Shown in pieces: positions 1 to 8,570 of a stretch of 35,651 bases of DNA. Every line of letters begins with the position of its first letter. Positions within the stretch are counted from its first letter, which is position 1. The translations under genes were made by a program, and so were the position numbers. Source of the DNA: a virus (lineage: Duplodnaviria; Heunggongvirae; Uroviricota; Caudoviricetes); the IMG/VR virus record IMGVR_UViG_2654587746_000005. One strand, written 5' to 3'. The notes below the pieces were generated by a model. It ran no database searches. It was given only the letters and a program-made list of their open reading frames with translations, and was not told the origin of the DNA.

Positions 1-1
1 A

Positions 2-1297
2 TTAATTTTTCATTGCTTCGTTATGGGGCATGGTTGGGGCAAACTCGCTTAACTGTGTATTTAACAAAGCTACCTGTGCATTATTGTTTTCAGACATCCA
101 TTTTCCGTATACCTGAAATACCATTTGCGCATCTGCATGGCCCATCTGGTTTGCTATAAATGCCGGGTTAGCACCAGCTGTCAGCGACCAGCAGGCATAA
201 GTATGTCTCGACTGATATGATTTTCGATGGCGGAGTCCGGCACGTTTTATCGCTGCGTCCCACATCTGCCTTATTGAGTCAACGGTAAAATGGTCACCAT
301 AATTTTTTACTCTCGCTGACACTTCAGGTTGAAAAACAAAGGTGCATTTATGTTTTTCTGTTCTGCCATACTCTCTGAGGTGAACATCAATGATATGCTC
401 TTTGCTCAGTCTCGTTAATGTCATCTGACTCCGGAGAGCGTCGATTGCTGGCTTAATAAGATGAATGACCCGATTGGTTCCCGCCTGTGTTTTTGGGACC
501 GTGAAACGGTCTTTTGCTAAATTTCTCCTGATCATCATTGTTCCATTTTTCAGATCTATGTCCTCCCATCCAAGTGCACACAGCTCACCAGGGCGAACGC
601 CAGTATAAACAGAAACACACCATAAATTTTTGGCTTGCTGATTTCTGCACGCATCGATAAGACGGATGAATTCCTCCCGCGAAAGAGGATCCGGAATGGT
701 TCTTGATTCCTTTAATGGCGAGATCCCCTTAAACGGGTTATCTGCCAGGTAACCGTTATCAACACCAAACTGGAACACGGCGTTAAGATTTGTCATGTAA
801 TTATTTACAGTTACAGCCGATCTCCCTGGTTGTGTAACAATATAGTTACTTTTGGGGATCTGGTATCCAGTCAGTAGCTCTTTACGAACCTCCAGTAATT
901 TTTCTTTATTAATCGATGAGGCAAGATTTTTTTCACCGATTATGCTCAGGATATTTTTGATGACGGCACGGTATGTGTTGAGTGATGTTTTTGCGACTTC
1001 AGTTTCTTTCAGTGCCAGAAATTTTTCAGCCAGTTCTTTTATGGTTAAATCTTGTCGGGCCTCACCAAATTTTTCCAGATTGCGTGAGGAGGGAAACTGT
1101 TTTGCATAGTCGAAAACACCAGTTTTTATTGCGTAACAAACAGAGGCGCGTAGCTCACCTGCAACGCGCCTGTTTTTTGCTGTGTCAGGAACCCCCAGGT
1201 TTTCCCTGACTCTTACGCCTTTATAAACAAACCAGATACGTAATTTCCCTCCATGGTTTTCCACGCCTGTCGGATATTTCATTTCAACTTCTCTCAT
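2..1297 (-). CDS. int: Phage tyrosine integrase (site-specific recombinase)
   Basis: 431-aa ORF with stop at 2..4. C-terminal catalytic region has the R...H-x-x-R...Y pattern (e.g. HTYACWSL, ...VFQVYGKWM). It sits at the prophage end next to an excisionase-like gene. Confidence 0.9.
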   Translation of the reverse strand: MREVEMKYPTGVENHGGKLRIWFVYKGVRVRENLGVPDTAKNRRVAGELRASVCYAIKTGVFDYAKQFPSSRNLEKFGEARQDLTIKELAEKFLALKETEVAKTSLNTYRAVIKNILSIIGEKNLASSINKEKLLEVRKELLTGYQIPKSNYIVTQPGRSAVTVNNYMTNLNAVFQFGVDNGYLADNPFKGISPLKESRTIPDPLSREEFIRLIDACRNQQAKNLWCVSVYTGVRPGELCALGWEDIDLKNGTMMIRRNLAKDRFTVPKTQAGTNRVIHLIKPAIDALRSQMTLTRLSKEHIIDVHLREYGRTEKHKCTFVFQPEVSARVKNYGDHFTVDSIRQMWDAAIKRAGLRHRKSYQSRHTYACWSLTAGANPAFIANQMGHADAQMVFQVYGKWMSENNNAQVALLNTQLSEFAPTMPHNEAMKN

Positions 1298-1316
1298 TAG
1301 TTAGTGTGGCTTTTAG

Positions 1317-1568
1317 TCAAGTAAGATGACGTCTTGGTCTTGCTGATGCCTGGCGCTCAATCCAGCGATCAATTTCTTCCAGGTTGTAAAAGCATGGACT
1401 GTTATCCCATGGCATACCGTCATGAGCGACATGCTTATATTCCCTTCCTTCCATAAACGATTTTTCCCGGGCCTTTTTTAACGTACCTTTTTTTATTCCT
1501 TTCAGCGCAATTAACTGCTCTTCGGATACCCATTTGCCGGGAGAGACAATCATGATTACTTCGCTCAT
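1317..1568 (-). CDS. xis: Excisionase-like small DNA-binding protein
   Basis: 83-aa ORF immediately upstream of int on the same strand. Size and position fit a lambdoid Xis; the family assignment is from recall only. Confidence 0.55.
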   Translation of the reverse strand: MSEVIMIVSPGKWVSEEQLIALKGIKKGTLKKAREKSFMEGREYKHVAHDGMPWDNSPCFYNLEEIDRWIERQASARPRRHLT

Positions 1569-1640
1569 CGATTTCTTTATCTCTTACATCAGACGAGCGC
1601 CGGTTGCAGAATACCAGTCACAACCGGCGACAGTTGAACA

Positions 1641-4112
1641 TTAAGAATCAGCCTGACTCGGGATCAGTTTTTGCCAGATAGCTGAAACGTATTTTGCCTG
1701 GTAACGGGCGTCATCAAGTGCATTATGGCGCTCACCTTCGAATGGAATAGCCGTTCTGGCATCGAAGTCTATGGCTTTCCCCAGCTCAACGATTGTGCGT
1801 ACATCGCGATCGTTGTAGTAACGCCACGGGCAGGGGATCCCCTGCCGTTCGTATGAACGGCGCAAAATCGTGTTGTCGAAGTTGGCTCCATTTCCCCAGA
1901 CATGAACAAAAAATTCACCGGAGTTTTCGTCGATAAATTCCCGCAATTGTAACAGTGCATCATCTAACGGGATTTCATCGGTCATAATGGCAGATTGCGC
2001 TTCGCGTGATTGTTTAAGCCACCATTTAATGGTGTCCCGATCAATGACTCCGCCAGCAGTTTCCAGATCGATAGTCTTACTAAATTCCGGTCCCATATCT
2101 CCGGTTTGCGGATCGAAAAATATTGCACCTATTGAGATAATCGGGGCATCGGGATTTTTTCCCATGGTTTCAAGGTCGATCATTAGATGGTCACACGTCC
2201 TGCTGGTGGATGTGATTTCGTGATGACCGTTCACCTTAATTGAGTGATCTGCCGTCTCGCCAGTTTCATTATCGCTATTGTGATGCTGATTGCCGCCAGT
2301 GTTCTCCTTGTGTGGATGTTCAGCGCCTTCCATTTCCTCCGGATCATCTTCCTGAACTTCAACCTGATACTCTTCATCGAATGTTTCTTGGTATGTTGTG
2401 TCGCCCATCACCGCGCCACAATCAGGGCAGTTGCCGCCGCCGGTCTGACCGCAGGCGGTGCAGACTTTTTCCACTTCCTGTTGCGCCACTGGTTCAGGCT
2501 GTTTCGTTTCTGGCTCGTTTTGTAACGCATTTGTGCTGTTTTGTTCCGCTTTTTGGTAGTTCCGTTCCGATTCATGCTGGTTCTGGTTCACAGAATCGCG
2601 GGTCTGGATCCCCTTAACCCATTTCGGATCATTCGGGTCACTAATCCCTTCAACAAATTCACCACGTGATGCAGCAAGCAACTTATCGGCGTCAGGCTGG
2701 CTGATATTGGCTGCCTGCATAATTTTGTTTACTTCGTCAGCGGTAACTTTTATCGGCTCTGGTTGTTCTGAATCTTCAGCGGTATCTACATTTTGCGGTA
2801 AGCCCGTGTATGTGCCATTTTTTCGGGCAAAATATTCTTCTTTTGTGATTTCAGTGGCGCCAGCAGCCAGTGCCTTATCCAGACCAGAAAGTTTGTTTGT
2901 GCGACCGTATTTTTCTCCGTCCTTATCTGCGAAGAGGAAATAGAACGGCCCCTCACGCTCTACAGATGGTTCAGCTTCCGGCGCGGTTTCATTTTTTGGG
3001 ATATCAGATACCTCAGTTTCCACTGCATCAGTTTGTGTTTCTGATGACTGGAGAACATCAACAGTGCCCAGGTCTGTTTCTTCATTCTCAAACACGCCCT
3101 TTGTCGTCAGGTATTCGCAGATATATTTGTTCAGTGCTATGGGATCTTTGTGAATGTCGATCGGACGCTCACGGACAAGGCCAAAAATAGTCTGGCGGTC
3201 GTAGCGAAGGGCATCAGGCTGTTTGCGCATTGATGCCGAGATACGCTTCCAGTCTTCGCGGTCGTTGTCGATAACTTCTTTTTTTGCCCAGCGATGGATG
3301 CTGCCGTCAATGTTTCCGGCATCCACATCACCAGGCCAGAGAGCGTAGGCCAGTTCGTCATCCAGTGTTTTCCATGTCTGCTTGTATTCGCGATGAATGG
3401 CAGCAATGACCGGGCTGATTTTTCCTGTTGAATTTTCAGTGTACTGTTGATTGGCTCTGGCGCGGGCGAGATCAACAACAGACGTGTATTTTCCGGTTTC
3501 CTTGCGTTCACCTTCGCGACGTTTTTTCCAGATGCGCATCTCTGCCTGAATTTCGGGCCATTTAGCACCAGGAATACATTTATGCTTAACCCACCCAATG
3601 GCGTGCAACTTAAGCTCCGGATACATGGCGTTAACTTCTGGCATTTTCATCAACGCTTCAACGATATGTCCGTCGAATGTTGCCATGTCTTCCTGCAACA
3701 ATTCCTGTGCGCTAATAACCATATCAACGGTGATGTTTTCACATGTGTCGAACTTAACCATGACAGCGTTCTGTACTTCAGGGGCCAGCTTGTCAAAAGT
3801 GACGTTCATCGGATCGGATTCAGTCTCAACCGGGACAAAAGAAGCAGACTCCTCATCCCAGCGGTTTTCCTGCATATATTCAGCATCCCATGAATCGAGG
3901 GCAGGGCGGGGTATGCCAGGTTTATCCTCGCAGACAATAAATTTATAAGCGCAGTCCTGAGCAGCCGGATAATGTTCCAGGAACTGCCAGTGAAATTTTG
4001 CTCGAGCACGGCGTTCGTCGCCAGCTTCAATGGCTGTGGCTACAGCCACAGCGCCTTCTTCCCTTGTTGCCAGTTCGTCAGGAATAGCGGCGCAAATAAA
4101 GACTTTACTCAT
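1641..4112 (-). CDS. RecE-family (exodeoxyribonuclease VIII-like) protein with C-terminal DnaQ-like DEDDh 3'-5' exonuclease domain
   Basis: 823-aa ORF. The central segment DKLLAASRGEFVEGISDPNDPKWVKGIQTRD matches recalled RecE sequence. A zinc-ribbon CxxC...CxxC (CTACGQ...CPDCG) is present. The C-terminus carries DEDDh motifs (MIDLET, WGNGANFD, HNALDDA). Confidence 0.8.
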   Translation of the reverse strand: MSKVFICAAIPDELATREEGAVAVATAIEAGDERRARAKFHWQFLEHYPAAQDCAYKFIVCEDKPGIPRPALDSWDAEYMQENRWDEESASFVPVETESDPMNVTFDKLAPEVQNAVMVKFDTCENITVDMVISAQELLQEDMATFDGHIVEALMKMPEVNAMYPELKLHAIGWVKHKCIPGAKWPEIQAEMRIWKKRREGERKETGKYTSVVDLARARANQQYTENSTGKISPVIAAIHREYKQTWKTLDDELAYALWPGDVDAGNIDGSIHRWAKKEVIDNDREDWKRISASMRKQPDALRYDRQTIFGLVRERPIDIHKDPIALNKYICEYLTTKGVFENEETDLGTVDVLQSSETQTDAVETEVSDIPKNETAPEAEPSVEREGPFYFLFADKDGEKYGRTNKLSGLDKALAAGATEITKEEYFARKNGTYTGLPQNVDTAEDSEQPEPIKVTADEVNKIMQAANISQPDADKLLAASRGEFVEGISDPNDPKWVKGIQTRDSVNQNQHESERNYQKAEQNSTNALQNEPETKQPEPVAQQEVEKVCTACGQTGGGNCPDCGAVMGDTTYQETFDEEYQVEVQEDDPEEMEGAEHPHKENTGGNQHHNSDNETGETADHSIKVNGHHEITSTSRTCDHLMIDLETMGKNPDAPIISIGAIFFDPQTGDMGPEFSKTIDLETAGGVIDRDTIKWWLKQSREAQSAIMTDEIPLDDALLQLREFIDENSGEFFVHVWGNGANFDNTILRRSYERQGIPCPWRYYNDRDVRTIVELGKAIDFDARTAIPFEGERHNALDDARYQAKYVSAIWQKLIPSQADS

Positions 4113-4205
4113 TTTGTTTTAACCTCATGACAGATTTAAGGATGAACAAATCCCTGCCATTGCTGGCATATAAGAATGAAACCGGATATTTATTACGGAA
4201 CTGTT

Positions 4206-4397
4206 TTAAAGACCTGCCGGGATTTCGATATTATCCTGGTGAATAACTTTATCGACCGGGTAACAGTTACCGGGAATTTTCTGTTCGGTTGCTGCTGTCA
4301 TACACTCCTGCATTGTCCTGTGAACACTGACTGCAATATCAACTGGCTCTCCGGAAACAAGAAAAACTGTCAGAACAAGCGCAAATGCTGAATTCAT
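4206..4397 (-). CDS. ydfD: YdfD-like small membrane/lysis protein (63 aa)
   Basis: Internal ATG gives 63 aa (MNSAFALVLTVFLVSG...) with an N-terminal hydrophobic helix. Its start overlaps the dicB stop, as in the Qin dicB-ydfD arrangement. Confidence 0.55.
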   Translation of the reverse strand: MNSAFALVLTVFLVSGEPVDIAVSVHRTMQECMTAATEQKIPGNCYPVDKVIHQDNIEIPAGL

Positions 4398-4582
4398 TGT
4401 GCACATCCTTTTGGCATCAGACGTAAACGAGCCAGCATTGAAACAATGCATATTTTATTTAATAGCTCCCGTTCTTGTTTTCTCTTGTTAATGGCATCTT
4501 CAGTAAATACAGGGTTACTGATAGTGACACCAATTTCAAAACAACCTTCAGACGTATTAACGTTTGGTAATAACGTTTTCAT
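4394..4582 (-). CDS. dicB: Cell division inhibitor DicB (62 aa)
   Basis: Translation from the internal ATG gives MKTLLPNVNTSEGCFEIGVTISNPVFTEDAINKRKQERELLNKICIVSMLARLRLMPKGCAQ, which matches recalled E. coli DicB. It lies directly downstream of a DicF-like sRNA. Confidence 0.75.
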   Translation of the reverse strand: MKTLLPNVNTSEGCFEIGVTISNPVFTEDAINKRKQERELLNKICIVSMLARLRLMPKGCAQ

Positions 4583-4751
4583 TATCGCGTCCTCAACAAT
4601 GAATTTTGTGATGCAGTGCCTGGTGCCTCCAGGTGACGTTAACCAGTTAACAATTAACGCCGGATACAGAGAATCCACCCATAACACTGTTTTTGGTTTT
4701 AACTGTTCCGCGTGCGCTTAGCCGCATTCACCGCATCACAAAATTCACTTT

Positions 4752-4808
4752 AAAAACGGCGGCAGAGCAGTCACGGAGTAAAACTGATACCGCCAAACGT
4801 CACTAACA
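4752..4808 (-). ncRNA. dicF: DicF small regulatory RNA with intrinsic terminator
   Basis: Minus-strand sequence GTGACGTTTGGCGGTATCAGTTTTACTCCGTGACTGCTCTGCCGCCGTTTTT matches recalled DicF (ftsZ-targeting sRNA). A GGCGG...CCGCC stem is followed by a T-run. It sits between the ydfA-like gene and dicB, as in Qin. Confidence 0.75.
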
Positions 4809-5073
4809 GAGGGCGTTGCAGCGGGGTTGTCACTTAAGCGTATGGTCAACCTGACAACTCGGTGTCCTCAACGGGGAAGGAATAACCCCGCCATACTTAC
4901 CGCCGCGCCATTTCGCGGGTTGCCACAACCGGAAGCGCACGGTCGAATTAAATTTAACGACACCGTACAGTGAGACGAACTTCGCCGTGCGCTTTCGTGT
5001 TGTGTGCCTGCTTTTAACCACGTCAGGCGAGGTGGTATCCTTCTTATTCCGAATAACCAAGAAGGAAATCTAT

Positions 5074-5274
5074 ATGACTAAAGAAGAATTTGTCTCTTAT
5101 ATTTTTGATAAAACGGTTGAAATGTATGCCGCTACTTACGGGTCCTGTAATCCTCTGAATAAACCAGAGGGGAAAGATGATTTCGACAAAATTTACCGCT
5201 TCTTGGAGGACCGCTATATCAAAAGGTTAGAGGACGCAGGGATCAAATCCCCAGTGAAGTCACCATTGTCCTGA
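5074..5274 (+). CDS. Small hypothetical protein (66 aa), opposite in orientation to the surrounding early-left operon
   Basis: ATG preceded by a good RBS (AAGGAA, 7-8 nt upstream). It converges on and slightly overlaps the 3' end of the minus-strand ORF 5243..5620. No family recognised. Confidence 0.25.
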   Translation: MTKEEFVSYIFDKTVEMYAATYGSCNPLNKPEGKDDFDKIYRFLEDRYIKRLEDAGIKSPVKSPLS

Positions 5275-5620
5275 GAACTTGCAGGACGTCATGATCGTAA
5301 CTTCCATCCAAACCGCGACGGCAAATTGCTTCTCGTATTACCGGAAGCAGTTCGCTGGAAATCTCGGTGCATATTTCACCTGATAATACGCCTGGCTCAA
5401 GTGAGAATATTGGTGAACTTACGGTCTTGGTCTCGACAGTTTCAGAGTCAGTGCCAACATTATAAAGCTCAACGAAAGCGGTCTTGATTTTCCGGGCCAG
5501 ATCTTTTGCTGGCTCGCTTGCAATATCTTTCCCGATTTCTCGCAGCACAGAATGCAATGTATGAGCTGCTGTTTTCTGTACATCAGACGGTAAATCTTTA
5601 AATTCCATCGTCAGCCTCAT
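5243..5620 (-). CDS. Hypothetical early-left operon protein (about 121-125 aa)
   Basis: ORF in operon position between the ydfA-like gene and dicF. Start is ambiguous (5620 or 5608). No recognisable motif. Confidence 0.4.
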   Translation of the reverse strand: MRLTMEFKDLPSDVQKTAAHTLHSVLREIGKDIASEPAKDLARKIKTAFVELYNVGTDSETVETKTVSSPIFSLEPGVLSGEICTEISSELLPVIREAICRRGLDGSYDHDVLQVLRTMVTSLGI

Positions 5621-5772
5621 CAGTCAGTGTTTCTGGCTAACCAGCAACGCGCGCCAGATTCGGTTTTAAACGTTTTGCTTTTGGTATATGTCATCGCGGT
5701 GAACGTACCGTCCTGGTTGGGGAACACGCCACATACCAGAGATTCGCTGTTGCCAAGATCGATAGTATCCAT
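5620..5772 (-). CDS. ydfA: YdfA-like small protein (DUF1391-like, about 50 aa)
   Basis: Internal-ATG product MDTIDLGNSESLVCGVFPNQDGTFTAMTYTKSKTFKTESGARCWLARNTD resembles recalled Qin YdfA. It is the first gene downstream of dicA on the same strand. Confidence 0.55.
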   Translation of the reverse strand: MDTIDLGNSESLVCGVFPNQDGTFTAMTYTKSKTFKTESGARCWLARNTD

Positions 5773-5882
5773 GCTGACCTCATTTCCCCTTAACGCCGGG
5801 GTCGCGGAACTGTTTGCTGAGAACACCGTGCGGTGTCTTGATGGAAAGTAATTTAGAATAACCTAACATGAGAGGCAAGTGT

Positions 5883-5908
5883 TTTTTGTTAGATTAATCT
5901 AACAAAAA
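5883..5908. promoter_or_regulatory. Perfect 26-bp palindrome (TTTTTGTTAGATT|AATCTAACAAAAA), putative DicA-type operator at the dicB-operon promoter
   Basis: Read directly from the sequence. It shares the TGTTAGA/TCTAACA half-sites with the palindrome in the dicA-dicC intergenic region. It lies between dicA and the ydfA-like gene. Confidence 0.5.
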
Positions 5909-5940
5909 GGGTGGGCGCAACTAATCACTTGAAAAGAATG

Positions 5941-6348
5941 TTATTTTATTGATTTATTTTTACGCGCTTTAAGCATTTCTTCGAAGAGTTTGTTGAAGTT
6001 TTCTACTCTTGCGCGCATTTCAGACAGCAAGGCTTCCTGCTCGGAAGATGGAAGAGCATCGAATAATTCGATCAATTCTTTGTGGTTGGGAGTTAGCTCT
6101 GTTTCCACATGAAGTTCTTGTGCAGGCACTGGTGCCTTGTCTTCGTCACCAAACATTAGCCATGTAGGTGAGCACTTCAGAGCATCCGCTAAAGCAAACA
6201 ATCGTTTTCCGACTGGCTGGGTTTCGTCTCTTTCCCATTGTGAAATTGTGACGTGAGCAACTCCAGCGAGGCGCGCAGCTTCTCGTTGTGTTAAGCGTAA
6301 TTCTTTTCGTCGCGCCAGAACTCGCTGGCCTAGGGTTCTTGTATCCAT
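5941..6348 (-). CDS. dicA: HTH-type repressor DicA (cI/c2-like immunity repressor, 135 aa)
   Basis: 135-aa ORF with an N-terminal XRE-type HTH (LRLTQREAARLAGVAHVTISQWERDE). It is divergent from a Cro-like gene, and the sequence resembles recalled DicA. Confidence 0.8.
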   Translation of the reverse strand: MDTRTLGQRVLARRKELRLTQREAARLAGVAHVTISQWERDETQPVGKRLFALADALKCSPTWLMFGDEDKAPVPAQELHVETELTPNHKELIELFDALPSSEQEALLSEMRARVENFNKLFEEMLKARKNKSIK

Positions 6349-6370
6349 AGTTAGGTAATTCTAATTTTTC

Positions 6371-6415
6371 TTGACTTAGGTATCCCGCGCACAATAATGT
6401 TAGAAAAATCTAACA
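6371..6415 (+). promoter_or_regulatory. Putative dicC promoter (-35 TTGACT, 17-bp spacer, -10 ATAATG) overlapping operator inverted repeat TGTTAGA-N4-TCTAACA
   Basis: Read directly from the sequence in the dicA-dicC divergent intergenic region. The inverted repeat at 6398..6415 overlaps the -10 element. Confidence 0.45.
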
Positions 6416-6428
6416 AGAGGGGGCTTTG

Positions 6429-6656
6429 ATGCTTAAAGTTGACGCAATTACTTTTTTTGGCAGCAAAACAAAGCTTGCCAATGCCGCAGGAGTGAGACTG
6501 GCAAGTGTTGCTGCTTGGGGGATACTGGTTCCTGAAGGTCGCGCGATGCGTCTACAGGAGGCATCTGGCGGGGAGCTTCAGTATGATCCCAAAGTTTATG
6601 ACGAATATCGTAAGACGAAGCGGGCGGGGCGGTTGAACAATGAAAATCACTCCTGA
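6429..6656 (+). CDS. dicC: Cro-like regulator DicC
   Basis: About 75-aa ORF divergent from dicA, with an RBS (AGAGGGGG) upstream. The sequence (LKVDAITFFGSKTKLANAAGVRLASVAAW...) is consistent with a Cro/DicC-type small HTH protein. Confidence 0.7.
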   Translation: MLKVDAITFFGSKTKLANAAGVRLASVAAWGILVPEGRAMRLQEASGGELQYDPKVYDEYRKTKRAGRLNNENHS

Positions 6657-7161
6657 ACAGGCTCGTGAGGCTCTGGATGCCTGGATATGTCGACCAGGAA
6701 TGACACAGGAGCAGGCGACGATATTAATCACTGAAGCATTCTGGGCTTTGAAAGAGCGCCCGAACATCGATGTTCAGCGTGTCACATATGAAGGTGGCGC
6801 GGTTGATCAGCGAGCGCTTAGCGTTAATCGAGTGAAGATATTCGAACGCTGGAAGGCTATCGACACCAGGGATAAGCGTGAAAAGTTCACAGCGCTAGTG
6901 CCTGCAATTATGGAGGCTATCCGGATTAGTGATTTCAGGTTGTATCGTGAGATCAGTGATGGAAAAAGTATTACGTACATGATCGCCGGGTTAAATAAAG
7001 AATATGGCGATGTGGTGGAATCCGGACTGCTTTTTGCAGATCCTGCCGTTGTAGATCGTGAAACTGACGAACTTATAGAAAAAGCAATTGCTTTCAAGCT
7101 TGCGTATCGACAGCAATACCAACAAAAAGCTGGATGGAATTATGAGTCTTCTTTTTGCTGA
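6640..7161 (+). CDS. YdaT-like / CII-like phage regulatory protein (173 aa)
   Basis: ORF immediately after, and overlapping, the Cro-like gene. This position and the N-terminal pattern are typical of YdaT-family proteins; the family call is from recall and uncertain. Confidence 0.4.
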   Translation: MKITPEQAREALDAWICRPGMTQEQATILITEAFWALKERPNIDVQRVTYEGGAVDQRALSVNRVKIFERWKAIDTRDKREKFTALVPAIMEAIRISDFRLYREISDGKSITYMIAGLNKEYGDVVESGLLFADPAVVDRETDELIEKAIAFKLAYRQQYQQKAGWNYESSFC

Positions 7162-8107
7162 ACGCCCACTGGTTATAAACATGCAGCTGGCAATGAAAAT
7201 CGGCTTAAACGAAGCCATTGTTTTGCAACAACTGCACTACTGGTTGAGAGATACCAACTCCGGTATGGAATGTGATGGTGTTCGCTGGATTTATAACACA
7301 ACGGAACAATGGCTGGAACAGTTCCCATTCTGGTCAGAGTCAACGTTAAAGCGCGCGTTTGCAAGTCTGAAAACGCTGGGGCTTTTGCGTTGTGAAAAGC
7401 TCAATAAATCAAAGCGCGATATGACCAATTTCTACACGATCAACTATGGGAGCGAGCTTTTAGATGGTGGCAAATTGAACGAATCCATCGGTTCAAAATG
7501 CGCCGCTCCATCAGGTCAAAATGACACGATGGAAGAGGTCAAAATGAAACGCTCCATTGGTTCAAAACGATCCAATGTCATCGGGTCAAAATGGCCTGAT
7601 GATCTTACAGAGAATACAACAGAGATTACTACAGAGAATAAAAACACTTTTCGTCCGGAAGCTTCGCAACCGGACCCGCAGACGACTGAACAGGATTTTT
7701 TAACCTGGAACTCCGACGCGGTTGTGTTTAGTGCGAAAAAACGCCAGTGGGGTAGCAGGGAGGATTTGGCGTGTGCGCAGTGGATCTGGGGGCGGATCGT
7801 GGGTCTCTACGAACAGGCAGCCAGTGATGATGGCGAGATCATGCGACCAAAAGAGCCTAACTGGACTGCCTGGGCCAATGACGTGCGCACAATGCGGATG
7901 CTGGATGGCAGAAGCCACAGACAAATTTGCGAAATGTTTGGTCGGGTTCAGCGAGATCCATTCTGGGTAAAAAACATCATGAGCCCGTCAAAGCTCCGCG
8001 AAAAATGGGACGAACTGGTCATCCGCCTGGGACGTTCACCTGTACAGCGTTGTGTTAATCATATTTCTGAACCGGATACAGAAATTCCGCCTGGTTTCAG
8101 AGGATAA
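7142..8107 (+). CDS. Phage replication initiator / replisome organizer (O-like), ori embedded
   Basis: About 321 aa from the internal ATG (MSLLFAERPLVINMQLAMKIGLNEAIVLQQLHYW...), a typical replisome-organizer N-terminus. The gene contains DNA iterons that encode repeated IGSK peptides. Confidence 0.7.
   Translation: MSLLFAERPLVINMQLAMKIGLNEAIVLQQLHYWLRDTNSGMECDGVRWIYNTTEQWLEQFPFWSESTLKRAFASLKTLGLLRCEKLNKSKRDMTNFYTINYGSELLDGGKLNESIGSKCAAPSGQNDTMEEVKMKRSIGSKRSNVIGSKWPDDLTENTTEITTENKNTFRPEASQPDPQTTEQDFLTWNSDAVVFSAKKRQWGSREDLACAQWIWGRIVGLYEQAASDDGEIMRPKEPNWTAWANDVRTMRMLDGRSHRQICEMFGRVQRDPFWVKNIMSPSKLREKWDELVIRLGRSPVQRCVNHISEPDTEIPPGFRG
7485..7600 (+). repeat. Five direct iterons (consensus CAT-C-GGT(T)CAAAATG, period about 23 bp) followed by ACAGAGA(A/T)T repeats: putative phage origin of replication
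   Basis: Repeats read directly at about 7490, 7514, 7537, 7559 and 7583, inside the replication gene. This is analogous to lambda ori iterons inside gene O. Confidence 0.55.
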
Positions 8108-8147
8108 GTGTTGATTTCAGGTCATGAGGTAATTTTAAGGGGGAGTT

Positions 8148-8570
8148 GTGGCAAAAGTTTTTACACAAGAAGAGCGGGAAAAAATTAAAGGGCAGGTGGT
8201 GGAACTCGTGCGCCAGAGCGGTCGTGAGACGTTACGGCAACTGGAAGCTAAAACAGGTGCGACTAGATATCTGATGAGCGTTCTTGCCAGAGAGCTGGTA
8301 GCCAGTGGCGATGTATACAACTCCGGCTACGGGTTATTCCCGTCTGAACAGGCGCGTAAGGACTGGCAAAACGCCCGCAAAAAACTCTCGAGGGCAAAGG
8401 TGAAGAAACCTGCTGTGGTTGATCCGGACCTTATCTGGTCATTACCTGATGGAGAAATACGCCGCTACGACAGTCGTCTAAACATAATCTGTCGCGAGTG
8501 CCGGAAGAGCGAAGTTATGCAGCGTGTTCTGACGTTTTATCAGGGGAATTATCGGGAGGTGATGCTGTGA
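8148..8570 (+). CDS. Hypothetical protein (140 aa, GTG start) downstream of the replication initiator
   Basis: ORF in the position where a helicase loader (P/DnaC-like) would be expected, but it is too short and has no Walker motifs. No family recognised. Confidence 0.4.
   Translation: MAKVFTQEEREKIKGQVVELVRQSGRETLRQLEAKTGATRYLMSVLARELVASGDVYNSGYGLFPSEQARKDWQNARKKLSRAKVKKPAVVDPDLIWSLPDGEIRRYDSRLNIICRECRKSEVMQRVLTFYQGNYREVML

Noticed and set aside
2240-3948. Multiple plus-strand ORFs (e.g. 2240..2617, 2870..3190, 3447..3893, 3598..3948) in the six-frame track
   Set aside because: All lie antisense within the 823-aa RecE-family gene and have low-complexity or Cys/Arg-rich translations. They are frame-shadow ORFs of a GC-biased coding region.
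7485-7600. Short regularly spaced direct repeats that could superficially suggest a CRISPR-like array
   Set aside because: The repeats are only about 10-12 bp at about 23-bp period, lie inside a protein-coding gene, and have no spacer/repeat architecture or leader. They fit replication-origin iterons.
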